Source of the DNA: Acidisphaera sp. L21
GTDB lineage: Bacteria > Pseudomonadota > Alphaproteobacteria > Acetobacterales > Acetobacteraceae
Length of the DNA stretch: 64,000 bases
Assembly (NCBI RefSeq): GCF_009765685.1
Contig: NZ_LMUY01000043.1
Coordinates: 1,120-65,119, forward strand
Reading direction: 5' to 3'
Position numbers and translations under genes: made by a program. Below, in pieces: positions 39,031 to 49,303 of the stretch. The notes under the pieces are model-generated. The model saw only the letters and a program-made list of their open reading frames with translations, did not search any database and was not told the origin of the DNA. The first letter of the stretch is position 1. Every line of letters starts with the position of its first letter.

Positions 39031-40164
39031 CTAATGCTGAGTACGGCGGGCACCCGGCTGGCGGGCAAGGGCAATGAGTTCGGTTTGGCGGAAGGTGTTG
39101 GTCTTCTGGAACACCCGGTCCAGATGCGATTTGGCGGTGGCGCGGGAAATGCCGAGTTGCTGCGCCGACCACGCCAGGCCGTTGCCAGACAACACCGCAT
39201 CCAGCAGCCGCGTTTCGGCCGGGGTGAGGTCGAAGCGGCGGGCAAAATCGTCACCCTCCAGCCCTTCCACCTGCACCAGGCAGCGGGCGCGGCCGGCGCC
39301 GTCCATGCCGAGTTCGGACCAGCGGGTCTGGGCACTCGGGAGCGGTGTCACGGTGATGCTGATGGGTCGACGACCAGGGCGGGCTACCTCGATCACGGTG
39401 CCGGTGGCCGTGCTGTGGCGGCCCAGCGCATGGGACACGGCGCGCTGTAGCCTGGCATCGTTGGATGCGTCCTGGATCTGCAGCGCGCCAGCGGTGACAG
39501 ACAGCCAATCGGTCGCCGGGTCGGCCAGCATCTGGTCCGCGGCCGGACTGGTGAGCATGACGTGACCCAGGCCGTCCAGCAGGAAACCCGGGCCGGACAT
39601 GGCGCCGAGCATTTCCAACATGGCCTGCAAACGGTGCTCGTGGCTTTGCACCCGCATAGAGACGCGGATGGCGTGCATGAGATGGGGCGCCAGGCGATGC
39701 AGGAAATTCCGATCGGCTTTGGTCGCCTCCCCGGTACCATCCGGGCGCACCAACGTCAGCGGGATCACCGTGTTGCCCATGCGGTGTACGACCAGGGTGA
39801 GCGGGCTGCACAGGCCCTGCGGCTTGGCCCAGCCGTTATAGAACTCGGTCCGGCGGAAATCCTGCGTGCGGATGACGTCGCCGTTGGCGATGATGGCGCC
39901 GGGCTGCATCTTTTGGGCGCAGCCGAATAGCGGGTTCATCGGTAGATAGCGGTCGAACGTGCGCGCGACATGCTGTGGATCGAAGCCGAAATAGGTGATG
40001 GGATTGCCGCGGCCGGTCGCCGGGTCCTCGACCGTCAATCCGCCGGCCACGCAGCCCAGCAGTCGCGCCAATTGACGCAACAATGGGTCCCACGCGGCAC
40101 TATCCAGCGCCGCGTCGTGGATGAGCCCAATGGTTGAGAGGTAGTCAGACTCCGTAATCCGCAT
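39031..40164 (-). CDS. LuxR-family transcriptional regulator (C-terminal GerE HTH)
   Basis: C-terminus LTPAETRLLDAVLSGNGLAWSAQQLGISRATAKSHLDRVFQKTNTFRQTELIAL. 377 aa. Confidence 0.8.
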   Translation of the reverse strand: MRITESDYLSTIGLIHDAALDSAAWDPLLRQLARLLGCVAGGLTVEDPATGRGNPITYFGFDPQHVARTFDRYLPMNPLFGCAQKMQPGAIIANGDVIRTQDFRRTEFYNGWAKPQGLCSPLTLVVHRMGNTVIPLTLVRPDGTGEATKADRNFLHRLAPHLMHAIRVSMRVQSHEHRLQAMLEMLGAMSGPGFLLDGLGHVMLTSPAADQMLADPATDWLSVTAGALQIQDASNDARLQRAVSHALGRHSTATGTVIEVARPGRRPISITVTPLPSAQTRWSELGMDGAGRARCLVQVEGLEGDDFARRFDLTPAETRLLDAVLSGNGLAWSAQQLGISRATAKSHLDRVFQKTNTFRQTELIALARQPGARRTQH

Positions 40165-40369
40165 GGTCCGCCGAGTGCGCCCTACCCGCCGGGGGACATA
40201 AAGTGCCGGCTGGCCGCTAGTTTAACAGTTTCGGCAGCGGCTGCGACTCGATTTTAGCCGACATCACGTAATCGCGAGCTTTGTTGACATGCGTACCACT
40301 ATGGTCGCGGCCCCAAGTGTATTTGCTTATTCGATGCGACGGCCTGATTACGGTTGCAAAACAGGATTA

Positions 40370-40783
40370 CTACTGCATTGTCGGCGGTGCCGTATGATGA
40401 ATCGCCATACGGCGCACACGATCCACCGTGTCCTTAAGGTCATAGGGCTTCGGCACGAAGTGGGCGCCGGGCGGCAGGTCCGATGGCTCCAACCTGGCTT
40501 TGCCGGACGCGATCAGGAGGCGGATCCATGGCCAGTTTTCGTGAACGTGGTGGACGAGGGCCAGGCCGTCCATGGTGCCCGGCATGTGGATGTCGGTGAA
40601 TAGCAGGCTTACCTCGCCCTGATGCGCCTGGAGGATGACGAGCGCCTCATGTGCATCCGCGGCCTCCCGCACGTCGAACCCGGCATCCGACAAAACGTCC
40701 GCCATGAGGGCTCGGATAAGGAACTCGTCCTCTACCAGCACGACGACGACTGGCTTGGCTGAAACAGACTGCAACGTTCCCAT
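40370..40783 (-). CDS. Single-domain response regulator (CheY-like receiver)
   Basis: KPVVVVLVEDEFLIRALMADVLSDAGFDVREAADAHEALVIL...LLFTDIHMPGTMDGLAL: D-D-K receiver signature. Start at ATG 40783. Confidence 0.8.
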   Translation of the reverse strand: MGTLQSVSAKPVVVVLVEDEFLIRALMADVLSDAGFDVREAADAHEALVILQAHQGEVSLLFTDIHMPGTMDGLALVHHVHENWPWIRLLIASGKARLEPSDLPPGAHFVPKPYDLKDTVDRVRRMAIHHTAPPTMQ

Positions 40784-40907
40784 GGTCTGATAAGCCGTTC
40801 GATGCCCGTTGGTTCCGGGCTCCCTTGACCGTGACCACGTAGGTTGGGCCATCTGGCCAGCCAACCGGACTTGGCCCTACAACCGTGGCGGCATCGGAGG
40901 CAGCTGG

Positions 40908-41270
40908 ATGGCATACGAGACGATCATTGTTGCGTATGACAGCGGCAAACGCGCCAATAACGCGGTCCGGGCGCTGCGCGAGATGGGTGTGCCGGCCAGC
41001 GACATCCGGCGCCACCCGGTAGACCAGTCCAGCCTAGAAGACGTGGCCGCCGCCCCGGCGGAACAGAGCGGGCTGTGGACCTGGCTATTCGGTGAGGAGG
41101 CCGAGGGGGCGCGGCTGGCAACCTATAAGAAAGCGGTGCAAAGGGGTGGCACCGTGCTGAGCGTCCGCGTGATGGAAGACGAGGCCGGCCAGGTGCAGAC
41201 CGTGCTGAATAGCTTCGAGCCGCTCGATCTGTCCGGTGGGGATCTGTCCGCCCAACCCGAGGTGCCCTGA
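40908..41270 (+). CDS. General-stress-protein-like small protein (hypothetical)
   Basis: ATG 40908 with RBS GGAGG. MAYETIIVAYDSGKRANNAVRALREMGVPASDIRRHPVDQSS... Confidence 0.45.
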   Translation: MAYETIIVAYDSGKRANNAVRALREMGVPASDIRRHPVDQSSLEDVAAAPAEQSGLWTWLFGEEAEGARLATYKKAVQRGGTVLSVRVMEDEAGQVQTVLNSFEPLDLSGGDLSAQPEVP

Positions 41271-41971
41271 TGCTGAACCCGAAAGACCGCGTCGTCATGA
41301 TCTCCGGCGCCACACGCGGCATTGGCCGGGCGGTGCTCGACCGGCTGTTGGCCGCCGGGTGCCTGGTGAGCGCCGGCGTGCGCGACCCGGCGCGGCTGCC
41401 GGAGCACCCGAATTTGTCGCATCACCGCTACGATGCCAGCCAGCCGGAAGCCGCGGCGAGTTGGGCCGCCGCCGCCATGCAGCGCCACGGGCGGATCGAC
41501 GCGCTGGTGAACGCGGCTGGCATCAATCCGAAGGGCACGCTGTTGGATGGGGCGGACGCGCCGTTCGAGGCATGTTGGAACGTCAACTCCATGGCGCCGA
41601 TGCGGGTGATCCGCGCCGCCTGGCCGCATCTGGTCGCCAGCGGCACCGGGCGGGTGGTGAACGTATCGTCGCTGTCGGGCAAGCGGGTGCGCAATGACAA
41701 TCTGGCCTACGCGATGAGCAAGTTCGCGGTGGTGGCGCTGACGCAGGAGGTGCGGCGGCTGGGCTGGGCACATGGCATCCGTGCGACCACGGTGGCGCCG
41801 GGCTTCGTGGATACGGACATGACGGCACACGTGCCCACCGCCCAAATGGCACGCAACCAGATGACCCAGCCGGAAGATCTGGCCGTGCTGGTGGAGGCGG
41901 TGCTGCATCTGCCCAATAACGCGTCCGTGGCCGAGTTGCTGGTGAATTGCCGGCACGAGGACACGCTTTAG
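41270..41971 (+). CDS. SDR-family short-chain dehydrogenase/reductase
   Basis: VVMISGATRGIGRAV (TGxxxGxG), NAAG, S...YAMSK catalytic motifs. 233 aa. Confidence 0.85.
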   Translation: MLNPKDRVVMISGATRGIGRAVLDRLLAAGCLVSAGVRDPARLPEHPNLSHHRYDASQPEAAASWAAAAMQRHGRIDALVNAAGINPKGTLLDGADAPFEACWNVNSMAPMRVIRAAWPHLVASGTGRVVNVSSLSGKRVRNDNLAYAMSKFAVVALTQEVRRLGWAHGIRATTVAPGFVDTDMTAHVPTAQMARNQMTQPEDLAVLVEAVLHLPNNASVAELLVNCRHEDTL

Positions 41972-42116
41972 ACCCGGCACCCTTGCCGGCGCGGCATCGC
42001 CACGATAACTATTTCGGCGATGATGACGGTCATAACCCCGGTCCGGGCGAATTGGTGGCGCTTCCAGTAGGGAGCGGCATGTCGTCATCGTCTATGACCA
42101 TTGCCGCCGTCGCCCG

Positions 42117-42608
42117 GTGTGCTTTGGTCGATACGGCGTAGGCAATCCGGTCACGGCGGCTTCCACGAAAGGAAGACCTGTGACACTCCCGATTGACTAC
42201 ATGCTGCACGAGGCGACGCCCGATACCGCGGATTATCTTCGGCTTCGTCGGGTCAGCGGTCTGGCGCCCCGCAGTACAGCAGCGGCCGATCGCGGTCTGC
42301 CCAACACGTTTTTCGCGGTTTGCGTTCAGCACGGCGAGGATACGATCGGCATGGGCCGCATCGTCGGCGATGGGGCGTTGTTTCTGCATATCGTCGATGT
42401 GGCGGTCGACCCGCAGCATCAGGGCCGCGGGCTTGGGAAGGCCATCATGGCGGCGTTGCTGGCGCATGTCGCGGCGGTTGTACCGGCGGAGGTTTACGTC
42501 AGCCTGATGGCGAATGGCGAGGCGTATCGATTGTATGAGCAACTCGGCTTTGCATCGGTTTTGCCAGAGGCGCGCGGGATGGCTTTGTGGATGGGTGAAC
42601 GGCCCTAG
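42117..42608 (+). CDS. GNAT-family N-acetyltransferase
   Basis: IVDVAVDPQHQGRGLGKAIMAALLAHV: acetyl-CoA binding motif Q/RxxGxG/A. Confidence 0.75.
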   Translation: MCFGRYGVGNPVTAASTKGRPVTLPIDYMLHEATPDTADYLRLRRVSGLAPRSTAAADRGLPNTFFAVCVQHGEDTIGMGRIVGDGALFLHIVDVAVDPQHQGRGLGKAIMAALLAHVAAVVPAEVYVSLMANGEAYRLYEQLGFASVLPEARGMALWMGERP

Positions 42609-43669
42609 TCCGCGCCGCCCGCGGCCTCCCGATCCAGCAGGGCGCGTTTGCGCTGGACGCCCCAGCGATAGCCCGACAGCGCGCCGTTGGAGCCGACGAC
42701 GCGGTGGCAGGGGACGACGACGGCGAGTTTGTTGGCGGCGCAGGCGCCGGCCACGGCACGCACGGCTTTCGGGTTGCCGAGTTGCGCGGCGACCTGGGCA
42801 TAGCTGCTGGTGGCGCCGGGTGGGATGCTGCGCAGCACCTCCCAGACCCGGCGCTGGAAGGCAGTGCCCTGGATGTCCAGTGGTAACGTAAAGCTGTCGC
42901 GCGGGGCGTCGACATGGGCCACGACTTGCGCGACCCAGTCGCCGAAGCCGGCTTCGGCGGCCTCCAGCTGGGCGCGGGGGAAGCGGGATTGCAGGGCGGC
43001 CGTGTCCTCGCCGAGCAGAATGGCGCAGACGCCGCGTTCGGTGGCGGCGACCAGCACCGGGCCTAGCGTGCTATGCCCGGTGGCGTAGCGGATCGTCTCC
43101 CCTGCCCCGCCGGCGCGGAAGATGGATGGCGCCATGCCCAACATGTTCGCGGCTGCGGCGTAGAATCGTCCGGAGGAGTTGAAGCCGGCGTCGTACATCG
43201 CCTCGGTCACGCTGTCGCCGGCGCGCAGGCCGGATTGCACCCGATCGGCACGCCGGGCGTCGGCGTAGGCCTTGGGCGTGACGCCGGCGATGCGGCGGAA
43301 CAGGCGGTGGAAATGGAACGGGCTGAGCCCGGCGGCGGCGGCCAGTTGGTCCAGCGCCGGGGGTTCCTCCGCCTGTTCGATGCTGCGACAGGCGTCGGCG
43401 ACCAGGGCGGCTTCGCGTTCGGCGCGGGGCGGCTGGTCGGGCTTGCAGCGTTTGCAGGGGCGGAAGCCGGCGGCCTCGGCGGCGCTGCGGTCGGCGTGGA
43501 AGCTCACGTTTTCGGGCCGGGCCGGGCGGGCGGCGCAGGAGGGGTGGCAGTACACGCCGGTGGTGGCGACGGCGTAGAGGAACCGGCCGTCCGCACGCTT
43601 GTCGCGGTTGCGGAGCGCGGTCCAGCGGTCGGCTTCGGTGTCGAATGTGGCGGGGGCGATGGCGTTCAT
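42605..43669 (-). CDS. ada: Bifunctional Ada: methylphosphotriester-DNA methyltransferase/AraC-type regulator + O6-methylguanine-DNA methyltransferase
   Basis: N-terminal Ada zinc domain (RFLYAVATTGVYCHPSCAARPARPENVSF), AraC HTH, C-terminal PCHRVVGSNGALSGYRWG. Start at ATG 43669 (RBS AGGAG). Confidence 0.85.
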   Translation of the reverse strand: MNAIAPATFDTEADRWTALRNRDKRADGRFLYAVATTGVYCHPSCAARPARPENVSFHADRSAAEAAGFRPCKRCKPDQPPRAEREAALVADACRSIEQAEEPPALDQLAAAAGLSPFHFHRLFRRIAGVTPKAYADARRADRVQSGLRAGDSVTEAMYDAGFNSSGRFYAAAANMLGMAPSIFRAGGAGETIRYATGHSTLGPVLVAATERGVCAILLGEDTAALQSRFPRAQLEAAEAGFGDWVAQVVAHVDAPRDSFTLPLDIQGTAFQRRVWEVLRSIPPGATSSYAQVAAQLGNPKAVRAVAGACAANKLAVVVPCHRVVGSNGALSGYRWGVQRKRALLDREAAGGAD

Positions 43670-43834
43670 GGCGTGCTCCTTCTCAGGCATCGGACCATGC
43701 CGGGCAAGCATCGAACGGACACTCCGGGTCTTGCGCCGCAATCGAAATGGGGGGCGCGGGTTTGGGGAGCAAGATGCGGAGTGTTGGCATCGGGCGAGGC
43801 CGGCAGCTTGGGGGGGTCGTTGGAGTCGTGTCGC

Positions 43835-45085
43835 ATGAATGCCACCCTGCCTGCTGCGTTTCGTCGCCTCGCCTGGTCCAATTTGGCGGCGCAGTCGGCC
43901 GACCAGATCGCACTGGCGGCCACGCCGATGCTGGCGGTGCTGGCGCTGGGGGCCGGCCCGGGCGAGACCGGGATGCTGGCGGCGGTGCAGACATTGCCGT
44001 TCCTGGTGTTGTCGCTGCCGCTGGGGATGCTGGCCGATCGCACGGCCCGACGGCGGTTGATGACCGGGGCGGAACTGGCGCGCGCGGCGGCGTTGATGGC
44101 GATTCCCCTGTTAGCGATGTCAGGCCATGTGTCGTTGGGCTGGCTGGCGGTACTGGGGTGTGTCGCGGCGACGGGCACCGTGGCCTACAGCGTGGCGGCG
44201 CCGTCGCTGGTGCCGGCGCTGGTGCCGCAAGGGGCGCTGACACTGGCGAATGGGCGGCTGGAACTGGTGCGCAGCATGGCGTTCACCGCCGGGCCGGCGG
44301 CGGCAGGGGCGCTGGTCGGGTGGGCCGGGGTGCCGGCTACCTTCGCGGCGGCGGCGGCGCTGTCGTTGTTGGCGGCGCTGCTGCTGTCGGGGCTGCGCGA
44401 ACCGGCCCGACCGGCGACCCCACGCAAGGGTGTGCTGCATGATCTGCGGGAGGGGGCGCAATTTGCCTGGGGGCATCCGCTGCTGCGGCCGATCTTGCTG
44501 ACGGCGGTGGGCTGGAACATCGCGTGGTTCGTGCTGCAGGCGGTGTACATGCCGTATGCGCTGACCACGCTGGGCCTGTCCTCCGCCGCCGTGGGGATCA
44601 CTCTGGGATGTTACGGCGTGGGGATGTTGGCGGGGGCAATGGGGGCGCCGTGGCTGGGCCGGCGGGTGCGGTTCGGCACGCTGATCGCGGCGGGGCCGGT
44701 CGTGTCCGTCATTGCGGCGCTGGTGATGTTGGCATCGCCCTGGGTGCCGGGTTGGGGTGTGCCGGCGGTGGCGCTGTTCCTGTTTGGCGCCGGGCCGATT
44801 TTGTGGACGATCGGGCAGACCACGCTGCGCCAGGCGGTGACGCCGCCGGGCATGCTGGGGCGGGTGTCGGCGCTGATCATGATGGCGACGTTCGGCGCCC
44901 GGCCAATCGGCGCGGCGTTGGGCGGTTGGGTGGGATCGGTGGCTGGTCCCGTGGCGTGCCTGGCGCTGGCGGCGGTGGGGTTCGGGGTGCAGGCGCTGGT
45001 GATCGCCGCCTCCCCCATACCGCATCTGGCGCGGTTGCCGGATAGTTCGGCGTTGGCCGAAGCATCGGAGCGCAGTCCGGCGTAG
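43835..45085 (+). CDS. MFS transporter
   Basis: 12 TM helices. MLADRTARRRLM between TM2/3 (MFS signature). Start ATG 43835 inside listed ORF 43073-45085. Confidence 0.85.
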   Translation: MNATLPAAFRRLAWSNLAAQSADQIALAATPMLAVLALGAGPGETGMLAAVQTLPFLVLSLPLGMLADRTARRRLMTGAELARAAALMAIPLLAMSGHVSLGWLAVLGCVAATGTVAYSVAAPSLVPALVPQGALTLANGRLELVRSMAFTAGPAAAGALVGWAGVPATFAAAAALSLLAALLLSGLREPARPATPRKGVLHDLREGAQFAWGHPLLRPILLTAVGWNIAWFVLQAVYMPYALTTLGLSSAAVGITLGCYGVGMLAGAMGAPWLGRRVRFGTLIAAGPVVSVIAALVMLASPWVPGWGVPAVALFLFGAGPILWTIGQTTLRQAVTPPGMLGRVSALIMMATFGARPIGAALGGWVGSVAGPVACLALAAVGFGVQALVIAASPIPHLARLPDSSALAEASERSPA

Positions 45086-45112
45086 ACTGGGCGCCTGCCG
45101 AGGAACCAGACC

Positions 45113-45829
45113 ATGACCAATATCGCTGCACTTGCCGAAGCTGGGGCCCTGGTGGGCGACCCGGCGCGCGCTTGCATGCTGACGGCACTGCTGGATGGGC
45201 GGGCGCTGACGGCGGGGGAGTTGGCTCGGGTAGCGGGGGTGACGCCGCAGACTGCCAGCGGGCATTTGGCGCGGCTGACGCAGGCCGGGTTGCTGGCGCA
45301 GGAGCGGCAGGGGCGGCATCGCTATCACCGGCTGGCCTCGGCGGCGGTGGCGCAATTGCTGGAGAGTATGATGTCGGTGGCGTCCGGCGTGGCGTCCGCC
45401 CCGCGGCGGGTGTCGACCGGGCCGCGGGACCAAGCGATGAAGCGGGCGCGCACGTGTTACGACCATTTGGCCGGGGAACTGGCCGTTGCCATGGCGGACC
45501 GGATGATCGAGCGCGGCGAGTTGGAATTCGCCGATGAATGTGGCGCACTGACGGCGGCGGGCGTGACGTTTCTTCGCGGCATGGGGGTCGATCTGGATGC
45601 TGCCACCGCGCGCGCGGCCAAGCGTGGCGGCGGCCCGGTGTTCTGCCGCCCTTGCCTGGATTGGAGCGAACGTCGCCCGCACATCGCCGGGGCGGTGGGT
45701 GCGGCGCTGTGCGCGTGCTGGCTGGATCGGGGCTGGGTGCGCCGGGTAGACGGCACGCGCGCCATCCGGGTGAGCCCGGCTGGGCAGGCCAAACTGCTAC
45801 AAGCATTCGACCTGCGCTGGCCGGGTTAG
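45113..45829 (+). CDS. ArsR/SmtB-type HTH transcriptional regulator with C-terminal extension
   Basis: LGDPARACMLTALLDGRALTAGELARVAGVTPQTASGHLARLTQAGLLAQERQGRHRYHRLA. Confidence 0.7.
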   Translation: MTNIAALAEAGALVGDPARACMLTALLDGRALTAGELARVAGVTPQTASGHLARLTQAGLLAQERQGRHRYHRLASAAVAQLLESMMSVASGVASAPRRVSTGPRDQAMKRARTCYDHLAGELAVAMADRMIERGELEFADECGALTAAGVTFLRGMGVDLDAATARAAKRGGGPVFCRPCLDWSERRPHIAGAVGAALCACWLDRGWVRRVDGTRAIRVSPAGQAKLLQAFDLRWPG

Positions 45830-45830
45830 A

Positions 45831-46136
45831 TCAGCCCGAAGCGAGACGTAGGAAAATCCGATCTTCCTTGCGGATGAATTGCTCGCGCTGGGCGAACTCG
45901 TAGTTTTGCCGACCGAGCGGGTCGTGTTTCAGGCGCTCGCGATACGCCTCGTAGGCGGCGAGGTTTTCAATGTTGTAGATGCCGTATGCGGTGGTGGCGG
46001 AGCCCTCGTGCGGGGCGAAATAGCCGATGAGGTCGGCGCCGCAACGTGGGATCGCCTGGCCCCAATTGCGCGCATATTCCTCGAACGCGGGCTTCTTGAA
46101 CGGGTCGATTTCGTAGCGGATGAAGCAGGTGATCAC
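45831..46136 (-). CDS. NIPSNAP-family protein
   Basis: VITCFIRYEIDPFKKPAFEEYARNWGQAIPRCGADLIGYFAPHEGSATTAYGIYNIENLAAYEAYRERLKHDP. GTG start at 46136. Confidence 0.5.
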   Translation of the reverse strand: MITCFIRYEIDPFKKPAFEEYARNWGQAIPRCGADLIGYFAPHEGSATTAYGIYNIENLAAYEAYRERLKHDPLGRQNYEFAQREQFIRKEDRIFLRLASG

Positions 46137-46206
46137 GGCGCATCCTCCTGGTTGGATGCATGGGCATAGGCCCAACCAGGAGCGCCACGCTTCGGCGGCG
46201 GCCGAA

Positions 46207-47040
46207 CTATTCGCCGGCAACGATCGCGGTTTCCACCGCTGCGTGGGAGGCGACGCCGTATAGGGCGCCGGGGAGGTCGCCATCGCGCAGCAAATGCCCA
46301 GCGGCCATCACCTGGCCATACGCCGCGCGCGCCAATGCGCCGCCGACGCTGATGCGGCGTACGCCAGCGGCGGCTAGGGTGGAGAGCGGCACCAGCCCGT
46401 CGCGTGGGCCGGACAGCACGTTCACCGGCTTTGGCGACACTGCGGCAACGACGGCGCGGATGGCGTCCATGTCGGGGAGAGCGGGGGCGTACAGGCAATC
46501 GGCACCCGCCTCGGCGAAGGCGACCAGGCGACGGATCGTGTCATCGAGGTCGGGGCGGCCGTGCAGGAAGTTTTCCGCGCGCGCCGTGAGGATGAACGGG
46601 TGCGTGACCGAGCGGGCGGCGCGGGCGGCGGCGCGGATGCGGGCGACGGCGGTGTCGAACACGTGGATCGGGGCGGCCGGGTCGGCGGTCGTATCCTCGA
46701 TCGTGCAGCCGCACAGGCCAGCGTTCGCGGCCAGACGCACTGTCGCGGCACAATCCTCCGGGGAGGCGCCGTAGCCGTCCTCCAGATCGGCCGACGTAGG
46801 ACAATCCGTTGACCCGGCGATGTCGCCCGCATTGGCCAGCGCCTCCGCCTGGGACACGCTGGCGCGACCGTCGCGGCGGCCCAGCATGAAAGCGAGGCCG
46901 GCGGAGGTGGTGGCGATGGCGGAGAACCCCTGCCCGGCCAGGATGCGCGCGCTGCCCGCATCCCAGGCGTTGGCGATGACGAAACACCCCTCCCGATGCA
47001 GCGCGGCGAAGCGTTCGGCCTTGTCGTAGATGGTGGTCAT
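46207..47040 (-). CDS. Isocitrate lyase / PEP mutase superfamily enzyme (2-methylisocitrate lyase / carboxyvinyl-carboxyphosphonate phosphorylmutase-like)
   Basis: MTTIYDKAERFAALHREGCFVIANAWDAGSARILAGQGFSAIATTSAGLAFMLGRRDG...LEDGYG. Start ATG 47040. Confidence 0.8.
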   Translation of the reverse strand: MTTIYDKAERFAALHREGCFVIANAWDAGSARILAGQGFSAIATTSAGLAFMLGRRDGRASVSQAEALANAGDIAGSTDCPTSADLEDGYGASPEDCAATVRLAANAGLCGCTIEDTTADPAAPIHVFDTAVARIRAAARAARSVTHPFILTARAENFLHGRPDLDDTIRRLVAFAEAGADCLYAPALPDMDAIRAVVAAVSPKPVNVLSGPRDGLVPLSTLAAAGVRRISVGGALARAAYGQVMAAGHLLRDGDLPGALYGVASHAAVETAIVAGE

Positions 47041-47699
47041 GTCACTCCTTCGGGCGTGAACTGGGCGATGTTGGCCGGCAGCGGCGTGCCGGGGGCCAGG
47101 CGCGGGTCCGGAATCGGGGCGCCAGCGATGACGGAGAGTGGCAGAACGCCGGCCCAAACCGGAAGCGCATAATCTTCGTCGTCGTCGACGGGTTGGCCGG
47201 TGCGGATTTTGGCCGACGCCTCCGTCAGTTCCAGGCGCAGGATCGTGGTCGCCTTCAGTTCCTGCGTGGTGGGTGGGCGCAGGGTTTCCCAGCGGCCAGG
47301 GACGAGGCGGTCGCTGAACATCTTGAGGGCGTGGAGTTTGTGGTCGCCTTCCACCAATTCGGCGCGACCAAGGGCCATGACGGCGCGGTAGTTCATCGAG
47401 TGGTGGAAGCCCGAGCGGGCCAGGACCAGGCCGTCCAGCATGCTGACGGTGACGCACACCTCCACCCCGCCCACCAGGGTACGCAGCATGCGGCTGGCGG
47501 AGGAGCCGTGCCAGTAGACGTAGTCGCCGTCGCGCCAATGCGCCGTTGGGGTGACATAGGGCTGGCCTTCGACGACGTAGCCGACATGGCACAGCAGCCC
47601 GGCGTCGAGGATCGCATCGATGGCTGCGCGGTCGTAGGCCCCACGCTTCGGCATACGGCGAACCCGGGTGCGGTCGCTGGGGGCTACGTCCATGGTCAT
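47037..47699 (-). CDS. Pyridoxamine 5'-phosphate oxidase-like FMN-binding split-barrel protein
   Basis: MTMDVAPSDRTRVRRMPKRGAYDRAAIDAILDAGLLCHVGYVVEGQPYVTPTAHWRDGDYVYWHGSSASRM. 4-bp ATGA overlap with downstream gene. Confidence 0.7.
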   Translation of the reverse strand: MTMDVAPSDRTRVRRMPKRGAYDRAAIDAILDAGLLCHVGYVVEGQPYVTPTAHWRDGDYVYWHGSSASRMLRTLVGGVEVCVTVSMLDGLVLARSGFHHSMNYRAVMALGRAELVEGDHKLHALKMFSDRLVPGRWETLRPPTTQELKATTILRLELTEASAKIRTGQPVDDDEDYALPVWAGVLPLSVIAGAPIPDPRLAPGTPLPANIAQFTPEGVT

Positions 47700-47790
47700 G
47701 ATCCTTAATCTGGTTTGGCGGGGTGGAGGATTGACTCTATCCGGCTCAGGCGAAAGAACCGGTTCGGTAGAAAATGACTGGACCAGTTCG

Positions 47791-49221
47791 ATGCGCAACC
47801 CGAGCAAGGCCGCCCCGCTGGGCCTGGCGCTGGACGCAACCGGGCGGGAACCGCTGCATCGGCAGATCGGGGCGGAGTTGCGCCGGGCGATCTTGGAGCG
47901 GCGGTTGGCGGGGGGCATGAAGCTGCCGTCGTCTCGGCTGATGGCGGTCGAGTTGGCCTGCGCCCGCGGCACGGTGCTGCTGGCTCTGGAGCAGTTGATT
48001 GCCGAGGGCTACATCGTGGCCCGCCCTGGCTCCGGCATGTCGGTCGCGGCGGATTTGCCGGACGAGATGCTGGCCGCACCGGCACCGGCGATCCAGGGGC
48101 CGCCGAGGCAAGCGGCCACGATGCGGGCCGGTCCAGATGCGGCGTTGCGGATTGGGCAGCCGGACCGGGATTTTCCCTTCCCGCTTTGGGCCAAATTGCT
48201 GGAAGCGGAGTGGCGGCGGCCGTCCTGGGCAATCGCGGGCATGCCGCATCCGTTCGGGCATCCCGGGTTGCGCGCGGCGATTGCGGACCATTTGGGGGCG
48301 TTGCGCGGGTTTCGCTGCGACCCGGCGGAGGTGGTGGTGACCACGGGGATCCGCGAGAGCGTGACATTGCTGGCCCGGCTGCTGTTGGCGCCGGGGGAGC
48401 AGGCGTGGATGGAGGAACCGGGTTATCCCGGCATTCGGTTGGCGTTGGAAGCGGCGGGGGTGCGCGCGGTGGCGGTGGCGGTGGACGAGGCCGGGTTCGT
48501 GCCGGATCGCGCGATGGCCTTGGCGCCGGGTGCGCGGCTGGCGGTGGTGGCGCCGGCGCATCATTTCCCGCTGGGCATCGTGCTGAGCCTGCAGCGGCGC
48601 CTGGCGCTGCTAGCCTGGGCGGAGCGGACGGGCGGGTGGATCGTGGAGGATGATTACGACGGTGAATACCGCTATTCCGGCCGGCCGTTGTCGCCATTGC
48701 GGGCGTTGGATCGGAGCGGACGGGTGGCGTTCGTGGGCAGCTTCTCGAAACTGCTGTTTCCGGCGTTGCGGCTGAGTTACCTGGTGCTGCCACGGGCGCT
48801 GGCTGGGCCGGCAGAGGTTGCGCTTGCGGGGGGCGGCGCGTCGATGCTGGGCCAGGGCGCGCTGGCGCGGTTCATTGCGGAGGGGCATTTCGCCGCGCAT
48901 TTGCGACGGACGCGTCGAATTTACGCGGAACGGCAGGCGGCCATGATCGAGGCGATGCGGACGCATTGCGCCGATAGGCTGACGATCGTGGCGGATCCTG
49001 GCGGCATGCATTTGGTAGCGCGGCCGCTAGGTGAGTTCGATGACGCGGCGGCGGTGCGCGCGGCGGCCTCGATGAATTTGGCACCCAGTGCTCTGTCGGT
49101 CTGTTACGCGAGCGCGCCGGCGTGTCATGGCTTGCTGTTGGGGTATGCAGCGTTGCCAGTGGCGGAGATGAATGCGGCGGTGCGTCGGTTGCGCGCCGCG
49201 CTGGCGCTGGCGAGGAATTAG
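47791..49221 (+). CDS. MocR/PdxR-type regulator (GntR HTH fused to class I aminotransferase-like domain)
   Basis: N-terminal LHRQIGAELRRAILERRLAGGMKLPSSRLMAVELACARGTVLLALEQLIAEGYIVARPGSG. Long PLP-fold domain with SFSKLLFPALRLSYLV (PLP-Lys). Confidence 0.85.
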   Translation: MRNPSKAAPLGLALDATGREPLHRQIGAELRRAILERRLAGGMKLPSSRLMAVELACARGTVLLALEQLIAEGYIVARPGSGMSVAADLPDEMLAAPAPAIQGPPRQAATMRAGPDAALRIGQPDRDFPFPLWAKLLEAEWRRPSWAIAGMPHPFGHPGLRAAIADHLGALRGFRCDPAEVVVTTGIRESVTLLARLLLAPGEQAWMEEPGYPGIRLALEAAGVRAVAVAVDEAGFVPDRAMALAPGARLAVVAPAHHFPLGIVLSLQRRLALLAWAERTGGWIVEDDYDGEYRYSGRPLSPLRALDRSGRVAFVGSFSKLLFPALRLSYLVLPRALAGPAEVALAGGGASMLGQGALARFIAEGHFAAHLRRTRRIYAERQAAMIEAMRTHCADRLTIVADPGGMHLVARPLGEFDDAAAVRAAASMNLAPSALSVCYASAPACHGLLLGYAALPVAEMNAAVRRLRAALALARN

Positions 49222-49303
49222 CAGCAAGGATGGAATGAACCACTGCGGGCAGTGTCTTGATGATGGCGCGCAACATCAGCGCCGATTTGCATGGGAGACA
49301 CCG

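Noticed and set aside
43073-45806. Very long ORFs in the listing (43073-45085 + 670 aa; 44120-45682 - 520 aa; 44877-45806 - 309 aa; also 47705-48793 -, 35315-36181 -, 25457-26476 -).
   Set aside because: Their translations are Arg/Pro/Gly/Ala low-complexity typical of antisense or out-of-frame reading of high-GC genes. Each overlaps a gene with clear family motifs (MFS transporter, ArsR, MocR, Tam, S8-Hint). Called as shadow ORFs.
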